A stretch of 54,238 nucleotides of DNA from an uncultured Verrucomicrobiae bacterium (GTDB taxonomy: Bacteria > Verrucomicrobiota > Verrucomicrobiia > Limisphaerales > JAFGQR01): contig CAWBHS010000019.1 of the NCBI GenBank assembly GCA_963788655.1, positions 1 through 54,238 on the forward strand, in the 5' to 3' direction. How positions within the stretch are numbered: position 1 is the stretch's first letter; each line of letters starts with the position of its first letter. A model generated the notes under the pieces. The model was not told the DNA's origin. It did no database searches and saw nothing but the letters and a program-made list of their open reading frames with translations. Position numbers and translations under genes: made by a program. Positions 10,215-20,755 of the stretch are shown one piece after another.

Positions 10215-12337
10215 ATGATAAAACGCGCGTATTGCCGGATTGAAGAGTTGAGTGCCGCCGCCGCGGTGTTGGTGTCCATGGCACTGGTCTGCGGCGCTGC
10301 CAAGCAGGATGTCGTCATCAACGAGATCATGTATCACCCGCCTTACGATCTGGAGGCTTTGCAGTATGTCGAACTGTTCAATCGCGGAACGTCCGTGGTG
10401 GACCTTTCGCACTGGCAGTTTACCAAGGGCATCCGCTTTACCTTTCCGGAAACCACCACGTTGGGGCCAGACGGTTATCTGGTGATTTGCCGTGACCACG
10501 CGGCCTTTGCTGAATATTACCCTCTGGGCGTCGGGGTTCTGGGCGATTTTGAAGGCAAGCTAAGCCATGGTGGCGAAAAAATCGTCTTGTGCGACCGCGA
10601 ACTGAACCCGGTGGAGAGCGTCGTTTATTCTGACACCGCACCCTGGCCAACCGGGCCTGACGGCAGTTCGGCTTCGCTGGAACGGATTTGCCCCTTCGTG
10701 TCCGGTGACGAACCATTCAACTGGGCGGGTTCCACGTTGCCGGCCGTGGAGAAACCCGCCGGAACACCCGGACGCAAGAACGATAATTACTCCACCGGAC
10801 CGTTACCGAGGATTTTCAACGTCGAATTTGCCACCCCCCAGCCCGATCAGGAAACCATCGTTACCGCCAGCGTGGATGATGCGATGGGAGTGAAGGCAGT
10901 GGCGTTGCACTACCGGATGGCCAGCACGGGGCGGGAGTCCCCGGAAACCGTGGTGCTGATGCAACGCGTGGCCGGTGACGCGCACGCCGGTTCTTATCGG
11001 GCGGCCATTGCCGGACAACCGTCCAATACGCTGGTGCGGTTCCGCCTGCACGCCGAAAACGCGGCCAGCGCCGAACGATTTCAGCCCTCGGCGAATGAAC
11101 CATGTCCGACGTATTCAATTGCCACGTTCACCAATACCAACACCGCGCGCGTTCCGTTTGCGTACATGATCAATGTGGCGCCGCCCCAACGGGAAAGCCG
11201 GATTCGCCTGGGTACGAGTCGTCCGATCTCGGTGGCTGCTTCGCCCACGGTGGGAAATGGTGCGTTCATTGTCCTGCCGCCGGGTGAGGGCAAAGTCGAA
11301 GTGTTTGATCACGTCCAAATTCGCCCGCGCCGTGGCGGGTTCAAAGTACACTTTCCCAAGGATCACACCTTCCGTGGTATGACTGGCATTAATGTGATCT
11401 TCGAATGGTCCTCGCGTTGGGTGTTGTCCGAACCGCTGGCGTATGAAGCTGTACCGCATGGCGGGGGTGCCGGCGCCAGTCACGGACCACTTGCGTCTCT
11501 GGTACGATGGTCGCTTGCGCGGCTACCAGTTGATGATCGAACAGCCGAACAAGACCTTTCTCACCCGAAACCGGCGCGACAATAACGGCGACCTTTTCAA
11601 AGTCATCTGGCAAGGCCACGGGATCGTGGGGCAGCACGAAAAGAAAACCAATCCCGCCACCGGCCACGAGCAACTGGTGAAATTGATTCAAGGACTGAAC
11701 ACCGATGACCGGTGCGGACCAGTGGGACTTTATTCGCCAGCATTTCCAAGTCGATGAAGTCGCCAGTTATTACGCGGTGAATATGTGCATCCAGAATTGG
11801 GATGGCTTTTTCAACAATCACTACGTGTATCACGACCTTGGTGGCAGCGGGAAATGGGAGATTTATCCGTGGGATGAAGACAAGACGTGGGGTGACTATG
11901 ACGGCGCGTCGCAACGCTATGATTGGTATGAAATGCCCTTGACCTACGGCATGAACGGTGACCGCCCACCCGCCGCGAACAATGTGCTGGGCTGGTTTGG
12001 TTTTGGTGGTGGCTTCCAAGGTGGGACCACTTGGTGGCGGCACCCGGGGTATTTCTCCGGGCCGCTGCTGGCCAATCCGGAATTTCGGAAGCGATTTCTG
12101 ACGCGAGTTCAGGAACTGTGTATGACCGTCTTCACCGAGGAGAAGTTTGGGCCGGTCATCGAGGCGCTGGCGAATCGTTTGGAGCCGGAAATCGCCGGGC
12201 GCGCGCAGGCCACCGGGCGCAACCTCAGTCAGGAATTGGAATCGTTTCGGCAGGACATCCAATCCTTTCACAACCAGGTGAAATTCCGCCGGAAGTTCCT
12301 CCTGCAGGAACTCGCCAAGGTGAAGGCGGAACAGTAG
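10215..12337 (+). CDS. Lamin-tail-domain plus CotH-kinase-family protein, with two frameshifts near 11445 and 11705
   Basis: VVINEIMYHP...YVELFNRG...G.SLER (lamin tail domain). EPLAY.LYRMAGVPAP, NWDGFFNNHYVY and WEIYPWDEDKTWG (CotH). Confidence 0.85.
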
Positions 12338-12369
12338 GTCACGCTGAACTCCTGATCCGTGACTATTCA

Positions 12370-12503
12370 GTAGGACAGGCGTCCCGCCTGTCCCGAACGG
12401 GTGCCAACCAACAACTTGTATCACGGCGCTGTGAGTCCTTCCTATGTCACCAAACGGTGAGGATGCCTTGGGTTATCCAAGACAGGCGAGACGCCTGTCC
12501 TAC
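12370..12503. repeat. Inverted doublet of GTAG-family REP palindromes (REPIN/BIME-like)
   Basis: GTAGGACAGGCGTCCCGCCTGTC at 12370-12392 and its near-exact reverse complement at 12481-12503, lying between convergent genes. Confidence 0.85.
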
Positions 12504-12639
12504 CACGCCGAACTGTCTTATCGCCGCATCAGCCACTGAATTGATACGGCCAAGAGCGAAATCCGATAGAAAGGTCGTAAGGGCGTTCGACCATACGGAG
12601 CGTGGATGAGGACATCCGCGCTCCGGACGTCATGACTGC

Positions 12640-13924
12640 CTATTCTGGTTTCGATCCTGGAGCCGAAGTTGTCGGTGCCACCAGATTGATGACCTCGGCT
12701 GGAGTGACCAACTGTTCTTCCCGCGTTTTCAGATTTTTGAGCCGTGTCATGAGTTTACCCTCGGGAGTTCGTTCCAAGCGCACCGTCCAAGCAGCGTTCA
12801 ATTCCAGGGCGCGCTTGAACTGTTTGTCAGACTTGAGCGGCGTCAACGAATAGTCAACGCGACTGCCGGCGTTGCGCAGTTCTTGGATCAGTTTCAGCGA
12901 ATCCGGCCGCAGTGTTTCGTCTTCAATCAGGCAGAAGAGATCCAAGTGCGAATCGAATTTCGGCAAGAGGTTGCGCGCTTTCAACAATTCCATCAGCACC
13001 ACGTCACCCATTCCGAAACCGAGCGCGGGCAGGTCCATTTTGTTGCCGCTGATGAGCTTGATGAGATTGTCGTAGCGGCCGCCTCCAGCGATGGCGCGAA
13101 ATTCACCTTGGCGGTCGAAGGCTTCAAAAACCACGCCGGTATAGTAAGCCAGGCCCCGAATGACGTGGTAATCTACCCGGACAAAATCGCCCAGTCCGCG
13201 CGCCGCCAGATTGTCGAGGATGGCTTGCAGTTCGGCGGTGGGTTGGCCTTCCTGGATGAACGCTGTGACCGCCTCGAGCGAGAATCCCAGGGCTTGAAGT
13301 TTCTGCTGGTTGTTGTCCGGTGTTTCGCGCTCCAGTTTGTCCACCGTCTGAAAGAAATCGTATTCGTGCGCCGGATCGCCGTCGTGCTGCGTAAAGAAAT
13401 CGTGCCACGCATTGCGGCTGCTGAGCCGCACCACGAAATCCTTCTGCGGTCAATCCCAGCGCCCGCAATGAGTCAATGAGCAGGGCCACCAGTTCGGCAT
13501 CGGCGGCGACGGCCTTTTCGCCCAGGATGTCCGCGTTCAGTTGGAAGTGTTCCCGCAGCCGGCCTTTCTGTTGGCGTTCGTAACGAAAGAGCTGGGGGAT
13601 GGCGAACCATTTGATCGGTTTCTTGTAGTTGCGTTCGTGCGCGGCGACCATGCGGGCAAGGGTCGGCGTCATTTCCGGACGCAGCGCCACGGACCGGTCG
13701 CCTTTGTCCGCAAAGTTATACAATTGTCCCACAATCTCCTCGCCGCTTTTGGTGGTAAACAACTCGAGTGATTCGAGCGGCGGACCGTCGTATTCCCGGA
13801 AGCCGTAGCGTTGCGCCACCCGGCGCCAGGTGCGGAATACATACTGCCGGGCATCAGCGCTCCACACATCCGCATGGGGCAAGGGTTCGGGGTAGAAGTC
13901 ACGAAAGCCGGGAAGACGTTCCAT
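12640..13924 (-). CDS. hisS: Histidine--tRNA ligase, frameshift near 13440
   Basis: MERLPGFRDFYP, LRPEMTPTLAR, FRYERQQKGRLREHFQLNAD, RGLAYYTG, GGGRYDNL and GFGMGD. Confidence 0.95.
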
Positions 13925-13988
13925 AAGCAAACAAAAAACGGCGCTCGCTGGCTCGACAGGAGCGCCTCGAAATCTCGTCGTCCAATCT

Positions 13989-14369
13989 TTAAGAATTCGG
14001 GGACCGGGGCGAGAACTGGGGAGGTGATGCTTCGTGCGATTCGTCGGAAGACTCGAGGGAGACGTTGGCAGCCGCGATAGCCTCGGGTGTCAATTTGAGC
14101 ACATCTTCACGCATCTCTTTGCCCGGCTTGAATTTGACCACGGCGCGCTGCGGAATGGGCACGTCGGTGCCGGGATTATTGGGATTGCGTCCGACCCGAG
14201 CTTTGCGGACTTTCACTTCGAAGACGCCGAAGTTGCGCAGCTCGACCTTTTCCCCTTTGGCCACAGCTCCGGCGATGTAATCCAAGGTTTTCTGGATGAC
14301 TTCGAGCACTTGCTGTTGGACCAAGCCGGTTTCATTGCTAATGCGAATTACGAGGTCACGTTTAGTCAT
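13989..14369 (-). CDS. HU/IHF family DNA-binding protein
   Basis: MTKRDLV...GEKVELRNFGVFEVKVRKARVGRNP...VVKFKPGKEM. Confidence 0.95.
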   Translation of the reverse strand: MTKRDLVIRISNETGLVQQQVLEVIQKTLDYIAGAVAKGEKVELRNFGVFEVKVRKARVGRNPNNPGTDVPIPQRAVVKFKPGKEMREDVLKLTPEAIAAANVSLESSDESHEASPPQFSPRSPNS

Positions 14370-14428
14370 AAGTCATTTGGGTTGTTCTTTTAACGCCAAA
14401 GCCACCACCAACTCACTTTGTTGCTTTG

Positions 14429-14457
14429 GGTATAGACCTCGTTTTTGGCGAGGTCAA
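14429..14457 (-). promoter_or_regulatory. Sigma70-like promoter of the HU/IHF gene with an overlapping palindrome
   Basis: Minus strand TTGACC-N17-TATACC. GACCTCG-N7-CGAGGTC at 14435-14455. Confidence 0.55.
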
Positions 14458-14743
14458 GTGCCGAATCACAAGAATTTAAGCCTTTCTGACCGCCGAAATC
14501 CAAGCACCAGAACCATTAACAGCAAGGTTCCAGCGATCCTTGTATTGGTTTCCTTACAGAAAATCGAGTCTGTTTTACTCCACCAAACGGTTGAGCTTCG
14601 AACCATCGACGTTACCTGGAACGGGCCATGTGAAATTTTGCAAGTAATTGGAAATCAATAGATAACACCCACTGCAACTGAAGCTTGCTGGGTTGCACGT
14701 CCGAACCAACGTCCTGTGAACCCGCGTCGCTGGATCGGCTGCA

Positions 14744-14910
14744 AAGTCCGAAGTCCAAGGATCGAATTCCGAAGGGAATCCGCAGTCCAAAAACCGAGCT
14801 GCAAATCCAGAGTAGATTCATTGTGAAACAAAATCCAGACGGGCCGGAGCGGTTTGGATTTCAGGCAGAGGTTTGCTTTCTGATCTCAGATTCGGCCTTC
14901 AGTTTTCACT
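14744..14910. repeat. Degenerate heptamer repeat element with two opposed arms
   Basis: AAGTCCG AAGTCCA AGGATCG AATTCCG..., with a T/C-rich mirror arm (TGATCTC AGATTCG GCCTTC AGTTTTC). Confidence 0.45.
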
Positions 14911-15065
14911 TGGTTCTGCCAACCTTTGGGCCTGCGTACGCTCACAAGGCAACGAAAGCATCCCTCAAGTCAAAATTGACGAAGCCAACCGATGGTCCGC
15001 TGCTGCGGCCATGGCCATGACCGCGAACATGTCATCAGAATCTCTGCTCGCATAAATGATAGCCG

Positions 15066-15095
15066 TTGACGCCTGCCCGCCCAAAAACCTAGATT
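15066..15095 (+). promoter_or_regulatory. Sigma70-like promoter of sucCD
   Basis: TTGACG-N18-TAGATT, about 35 nt upstream of the ATG. Confidence 0.4.
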
Positions 15096-15129
15096 GGCTG
15101 CCGCCGATCGTGGCATTTGAACGCAGACT

Positions 15130-16333
15130 ATGAACATTCACGAGTATCAGGCCAAACAATTGCTCGCCCAATATGGTGTAGCGGTGTCCGCAAGTGAGGT
15201 GTGTACCACCCCCGATGCTGCCAAAGCTGCCGCCGAAAAACTGCTGGCCGCAGGATCCAGCCGATTGGTGATCAAGGCCCAAATCCATGCCGGGGGCCGC
15301 GGCAAAGGCACCTTCAAAAGCGGCTACCAAGGCGGCGTTAAACTGTGCAACTCCGCGGACGAAGTGCAGGCCGCCGCCACGGCGATGTTGGGCCAGGTGC
15401 TCGTCACGAAGCAAACCGGACCCGAGGGCCGCCAAGTCAAAACCGTGCTGGTGGGTGACGCGCCCAAACTCATCAAGGAGCTTTACTTGGCGGTGTTGCT
15501 GGATCGCGCCACCGGCCGTCCGCTGTTGATGGCCAGCACCGAGGGCGGCATGGACATTGAAGAAGTCGCCGCCAAAACGCCGGAAAAGATCGTCAAGGAA
15601 TCCATTGATCCCGCCTTCGGCATGGTGGCTTACCAGGCGCGCAAAGTGGCTGCCGCGCTTGGATTGAGAGGCGCATTGTTGAATGCCGCAGCCAAGCTGC
15701 TGCTCGGCGTTTACAAGACGTGGTGGGAGTGCGATGCCTCGCTGGTCGAGATCAATCCCTTGTGCGTCGTGCGAAACCGGCGGCAAGGAAACGCTGGTGG
15801 CCATCGATGCGAAAATCTCGCTCGACGACAACGCGCTTTACCGGCACCCGGACATTCAAGCGATGCGCGATTTGGGCGAGGAAGCGCCGCTGGAAATCGA
15901 GGCGAGCAAATACAGTCTTAATTACATCAAGCTCGAGGGCAACATCGCCTGCCTGGTCAACGGCGCCGGATTGGCGATGGCCACCATGGACATCATCAAA
16001 CATTACGGCGGTACGCCGGCCAATTTCCTCGACGTAGGCGGCGGCGCCAGCAAGGAGCAGGTAACGGCCGCGTTCAAAATCATTCTTCAGGATCCGAATG
16101 TGCAGGCCATATTGGTCAATATTTTTGGCGGCATCATGGATTGCAACATCATTGCCACTGGCATCGTAGCCGCAGTGAAGGAAACCGGATTGAAATTGCC
16201 GCTGGTCGTCCGGCTGGAAGGAAACAATGTCCAACTCGGCAACCAAACGCTGGCGGCCAGTGGGGTTGCCATCATTCGCGGCGACACGATGGCGGACGCG
16301 GCGGAGAAGGTGGTCAAGGCCGTTGCGCACTGA
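15130..16333 (+). CDS. sucC: Succinyl-CoA synthetase beta subunit, frameshift near 15770
   Basis: [53 protein letters not shown] and [10 protein letters not shown]. Confidence 0.97.
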
Positions 16334-16360
16334 CCAATACGGCGGAACACTTTACTAAAC

Positions 16361-17260
16361 ATGTCCATTCTGATCACTCCTGAAACCAAGGTGCTTGTCC
16401 AAGGCATTACCGGCAGCTTTGGCGCCCGGCACACCCAACTCAGTCTCGAATACGGCACGCAAATCGTGGCCGGCGTTACGCCGGGCAAGGGCGGTCAAAC
16501 GTTCGAACACCAGGACCATAAAGTCCCCATCTTTGACACCGTGGCCGAGGCTGTCCAGCAAACTGGGGCAACGGCTTCCGCTATTTTTGTCCCTGCGGCG
16601 TTTGCGGGAGATGCCATTCTGGAAGGTGTGGATGCCGGTTTGGAGGTGGCTGTTTGCATTACCGAAGGCATCCCCGTCATGGACATGGTGAAAGTGAAAC
16701 GGGCCATGGCCGGCGCGAAAACGCGTCTCGTAGGACCCAATTGTCCGGGATTGGTCGCGCCCGGATCCGGTAAAGACTCGCACGGCGGCTGTCGCATTGG
16801 CATTGCGCCGGGCTACATTCACCAACAAGGATCCGTCGGCGTGGTGTCGCGCAGCGGCACGCTGACCTACGAAGCGGTCTGGCAATTGACGTGCCGTGGC
16901 GTGGGCCAATCAACCTGCATCGGCATCGGTGGCGATCCGATCATCGGCACGTCGCACCTCGAGGCGATTCAAATGTTCAACGACGATCCGGACACCCGCG
17001 GCATTATCATGATCGGGGAAATCGGCGGGGCCGCCGAAGAAGAGGCGGCAGCATGGATTGCCAAACATTGCCGGAAACCAGTCGCGGGATTCATCGCCGG
17101 CGCCACCGCTCCGCCTGGACGTCGCATGGGGCATGCGGGCGCCATCGTGAGTGGAGGTAAGGGCACGGCGGCGGCCAAGATCGAAGCGATGAAAGCTGCC
17201 GGTATCGCCGTGGCCGAAACACCATCGGTCATTGCGGATACGTTGCTGAAGTTGATGTAA
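16361..17260 (+). CDS. sucD: Succinyl-CoA synthetase alpha subunit
   Basis: [22 protein letters not shown] and GRRMGHAGA (phospho-His motif). Confidence 0.97.
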   Translation: MSILITPETKVLVQGITGSFGARHTQLSLEYGTQIVAGVTPGKGGQTFEHQDHKVPIFDTVAEAVQQTGATASAIFVPAAFAGDAILEGVDAGLEVAVCITEGIPVMDMVKVKRAMAGAKTRLVGPNCPGLVAPGSGKDSHGGCRIGIAPGYIHQQGSVGVVSRSGTLTYEAVWQLTCRGVGQSTCIGIGGDPIIGTSHLEAIQMFNDDPDTRGIIMIGEIGGAAEEEAAAWIAKHCRKPVAGFIAGATAPPGRRMGHAGAIVSGGKGTAAAKIEAMKAAGIAVAETPSVIADTLLKLM

Positions 17261-17494
17261 ACAGCTTGGGCTGATTTTGGGCAATATGTCGTCGCCGTAA
17301 GGCGACCCCGCGGCATTGCAAGTAATCCATCTCCTCACGTTGGCGGCTCCAACCTGCCACTATTACAAGCAGGGGATCAGGCATCCATGCGCGGGAAGGG
17401 GCCGGTTTGGCAACCCAAGCAGAGTGAAAATCTGCTCGCCGCGAAATCAGCCCCGACTTATAGCGACAGCGATTGCAGGCGGAAGGGAACCCGC

Positions 17495-19240
17495 TCAATG
17501 GCCGGCCGTGATGACCAAGGTTTGTTCGAGCGTGGTGACGCCTTCCTTGACTTTCAGCAAGGCGACATCCCGGAGCGTTTTCATGCCCTGACTGATGGCG
17601 ACTTTGGAGATCTCCATGGCACTGGCGCGGGCGATGATCAGTTTGCGGATTTCGTCGGTAACCGACATGGCTTCGATGATGGCGATGCGCCCGGAATAGC
17701 CGCTGTTATTGCAGCGTTCACAGCCGCGACCACGGAAGAGCGTCACCCCGTCAAAATGGTTGGGTCGGAATGTGCAGATCGCGGTACATCTTGGCCGGGT
17801 AGGTGACCGGTTCCTTGCAACTGGGACAGATGCTGCGCATCAACCGTTGCGCGCAGGCAAGGATCACGGAAGAGGAAATCAGGAACGGCGCAATGCCCAT
17901 GTCGTCCAGGCGGGCGATGGCGCCGGCGGCGTCATTACAGTGCATGGTGCTGAGCACCTGGTGGCCGGTCAGCGCGGCTTCGACGGCGATTTCTGCGGTT
18001 TCGGTATCGCGGATTTCCCCGATCATGATGATGTCGGGATCCTGCCGCAGAATGGAGCGTAAGGCATTGGCGAAGGTGAGTCCGATTTCCTTCTTGATGG
18101 GCACCTGGTTGATGCCGGGAATTTGGAATTCCACCGGGTCTTCGACCGTGACGATGTTGTATACCGGGCTGTTCAGTTCGTTGAGCGCCGAATAGAGCGT
18201 GGTGGTTTTGCCGGAACCGGTCGGACCGGTGACCAGAATGAGACCGTGCGGCGCATCGACCGCGGCTTGGAACTGCTGGAACGTGTCAGGATCCAGGCCC
18301 AGCTTTGTCCATGCTGGCGGACAGGTTGGATTTGTCGAGCACGCGCAGCACGCATTTTTCGCCATGGACCGTGGGCAGAAACGAAACGCGCAAATCGTAA
18401 TCCCTTCCGCCGACTTTCACGCGCATACGGCCGTCTTGCGGCAGCCGGCGCTCGGCGATGTCGAGGCTGCTCATGATTTTGAGGCGGGAGACCAGCGCCA
18501 GTTGCAGTTGCTGGGCGGCGGCGTCGCGTCGATGAGCACGCCGTCCACACGGTAACGCAGCCGCACCATGCTTGTCGAACGGTTCGACATGAATGTCGCT
18601 GGCGCGGTCCTTGATGGCCTGGACGAGAATCAGGTTGGCCAGTTTGATGACCGGCGCCTCTTCGACGGAGGCCGCGAGCTTGTCGAGATTGACTTCTTCG
18701 ATCTGCTCTTTGACGGTGACGAGCTTGTCCGCTTCGTCGGCCAACTCCGCCTGTTTCTGCGGCGTCCTCAATGATGTCCTCGATGCTGCCCGCTCTTGGC
18801 CGCGTCAATCTGATGGAGCTTGTCCATGGATCGCTTTTTCGGAAGCGATCAGGGGGGCGACTTCCAGCTTGGTGATGCGCCGGACGTCGTCGATGGCCAG
18901 CACGTTCAGCGGGTCGGCCATGGCCAGGAACAGCTTGTTCTCCAGCCGGGAAACCGGCACGACCTTGTGATTGTGGCAGATGTCGCGCGGCAGCAGTTCG
19001 GCGACTTCCTGCTGGATGTTCAACGCGGCCGAGGTTGATGGGCGGCGTATTGAGCACCCGGCCCATGGAAACCGCCATGTCCTGCTCGGTGACGTAGGCC
19101 TTTTCGGTGATGAGTTTGAGCAGGCGTTTGCCTTCTTTCTTCTGATGCTCGAGCAATTCCTCGACCTGCTGCGTGAACAGCAGGCCATCCTCGACCAGGG
19201 CGTCGGCGATGCGTTCTCCAAAAGTTTTGACGGGCGGCAT
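17495..19240 (-). CDS. pilB: PilB/GspE family secretion/pilus assembly ATPase with an N-terminal MshEN-like domain, several frameshifts
   Basis: [68 protein letters not shown] and CxxC...CxxC. Confidence 0.9.
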
Positions 19241-19254
19241 AGGGCGAAAGGCGA

Positions 19255-20115
19255 TTACCGAAAGGCCTTTTGAAGGGCTTTGATGATCTCGGCGGGCGGC
19301 GCCAGATACCATAGCAGGCGCTGCTTGGCGGCTTGCTCCAATTCCGTGGCGGCTTGCCGATTGAACGGATTGGCGGTGGCGACCATTAGGGATTTGCTCA
19401 TGCGGTCGAACGGCAGCACGCACCAGCGCAGGCAGGTGGCGACGGGCAAAGTTCGGGTTATTTCGAAATCAACGTCATAATTGTGAATGGGCAAGTAAGT
19501 TAACCGGGACTTGTCGGAGAGCGTTTTCATCGCCTGCTCCATGGTCATTATGCCTTTGTCCACCAGGGTTTGGATAAAGGGCGACGCCGGTTTCGTCGGT
19601 TTGGAACTGAAATCCGGTTTGGGCCAGTATTGGTCGAAATCCGCATCGGTGAGATACTTCCCCGCGACGACAAATAATTTCTCCATGGCATCGCGGCCAT
19701 CATCGTAATCGGTGGGGATGGGGTGGATTTCGACATCCTGATTTGCGGGCGTGCCGGAGGGTGCGGGACGGGGGGCGTCCCGGACTTCCGGGGCGGATGA
19801 TTCGGCGCTCAGGCTCGTGGCTTTGCTCTCGATTTCGCTCAGGGCCGCCAGCACATCCGGGTCGTCCGGATATCGTTGCAGAATGCTCTCGTATTCGAGG
19901 ATGGCGGAGGAGAGTTGGCCCATGGCCACATAGGCCTGGGCGATGCGCTTGGAGATATTGAAAACGTCCTGTTCCCGGCCCAGCTTGGCATAGGCTTCCT
20001 TGAGAATTTCCAGGGATTGATAATCATTAGGCTGCGATTGCGTAATGACTTCAAACATCTCAATGGTCTGAGCCAATTGAGACTCTTCGCTGGCGGTTAA
20101 TGAGCCTACTGACAT
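19255..20115 (-). CDS. TPR-like plus GspE-N/MshEN-like domain protein, co-transcribed with pilB
   Basis: Helical TPR-like N-terminus. C-terminal CLRWCVLPFDRMSKSLMVATANPF resembles the T2SSE_N domain. It ends 14 nt upstream of pilB. Confidence 0.75.
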   Translation of the reverse strand: MSVGSLTASEESQLAQTIEMFEVITQSQPNDYQSLEILKEAYAKLGREQDVFNISKRIAQAYVAMGQLSSAILEYESILQRYPDDPDVLAALSEIESKATSLSAESSAPEVRDAPRPAPSGTPANQDVEIHPIPTDYDDGRDAMEKLFVVAGKYLTDADFDQYWPKPDFSSKPTKPASPFIQTLVDKGIMTMEQAMKTLSDKSRLTYLPIHNYDVDFEITRTLPVATCLRWCVLPFDRMSKSLMVATANPFNRQAATELEQAAKQRLLWYLAPPAEIIKALQKAFR

Positions 20116-20380
20116 GTCCAACTGCTTGCTACTTGGGGACTCGCGACCCAATTTTGACTTGGTTCGCCGTTATTGCCCACCTAAACCCAGCAAGCTCAGG
20201 GCCAATTTGGCAGGGAACCGGGAACTTCTGACGGCAACTGAAGACCAGAATGCGTATTCACCTGATAACCAGCGCCAGGGTGAATTAAACCATTGGCAAT
20301 TCGATGGGAAGCATGCTAAAAGCTCCCTCCGCTCATTTTAGCGAGCGGGTAGGCAAAAACTGTATTGAACCAGAAAGAAT

Positions 20381-20533
20381 ATGTCACAACATCCTAGTTT
20401 GCGCTCCGCATCGGCCTCTGCCACCAAGCGCAATGTATTAAAGCGATTTGAACGGGTGGAACTGCTCAAGAAACGCGGCCAATGGAAAGCGGGAGACCGC
20501 GTGTTTGGCCTGCGGAAGACCAAAGCCGAATAA
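20381..20533 (+). CDS. PVC-superphylum signature small basic protein (TIGR04137-like), 50 aa
   Basis: MSQHPSLRSASASATKRNVLKRFERVELLKKRGQWKAGDRVFGLRKTKAE, read by hand and absent from the ORF track. Confidence 0.9.
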   Translation: MSQHPSLRSASASATKRNVLKRFERVELLKKRGQWKAGDRVFGLRKTKAE

Positions 20534-20632
20534 GTTTCGGGCTTGAATGCTTGATGCCGGATGTTGAGTTCGGAGCTCCGCTGGTTTGATTTCAGCAAGT
20601 CGAGCACGGGTGTTTTTGGGGTGGTTTTAGTA

Positions 20633-20667
20633 AATGACCAAAGGCCAATGACCAATCACCAGAGAAT
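20633..20667. repeat. Heptamer repeat arm
   Basis: AATGACC AAAGGCC AATGACC AATCACC AGAGAAT. Confidence 0.6.
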
Positions 20668-20717
20668 AACCGGTCTTTGAGGATTCGCCCTTCGCCTGCG
20701 GTCCTAAATCGTCATCA

Positions 20718-20746
20718 TTGACAGAATCCAAGTTTGTATTTCTAAT
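20718..20746 (+). promoter_or_regulatory. Sigma70 promoter, probably giving a near-leaderless transcript
   Basis: TTGACA-N17-TCTAAT, with the ATG only 9 nt after the -10 box. Confidence 0.55.
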
Positions 20747-20755
20747 TACGAAATT

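Noticed and set aside
14645..14668. IHF-like site upstream of the HU/IHF gene (AATCAATAGATAA)
   Set aside because: Imperfect match to WATCAANNNNTTR and likely to occur by chance in AT-rich DNA.
14575..15055. Short ORFs between the HU gene and sucC
   Set aside because: Largely translations of heptamer repeats and intergenic DNA.
12640..19240. hisS, sucC and pilB as pseudogenes or programmed frameshifts
   Set aside because: Motifs are intact on both sides of each break and no slippery-site pattern is evident, so sequencing indels are more likely.
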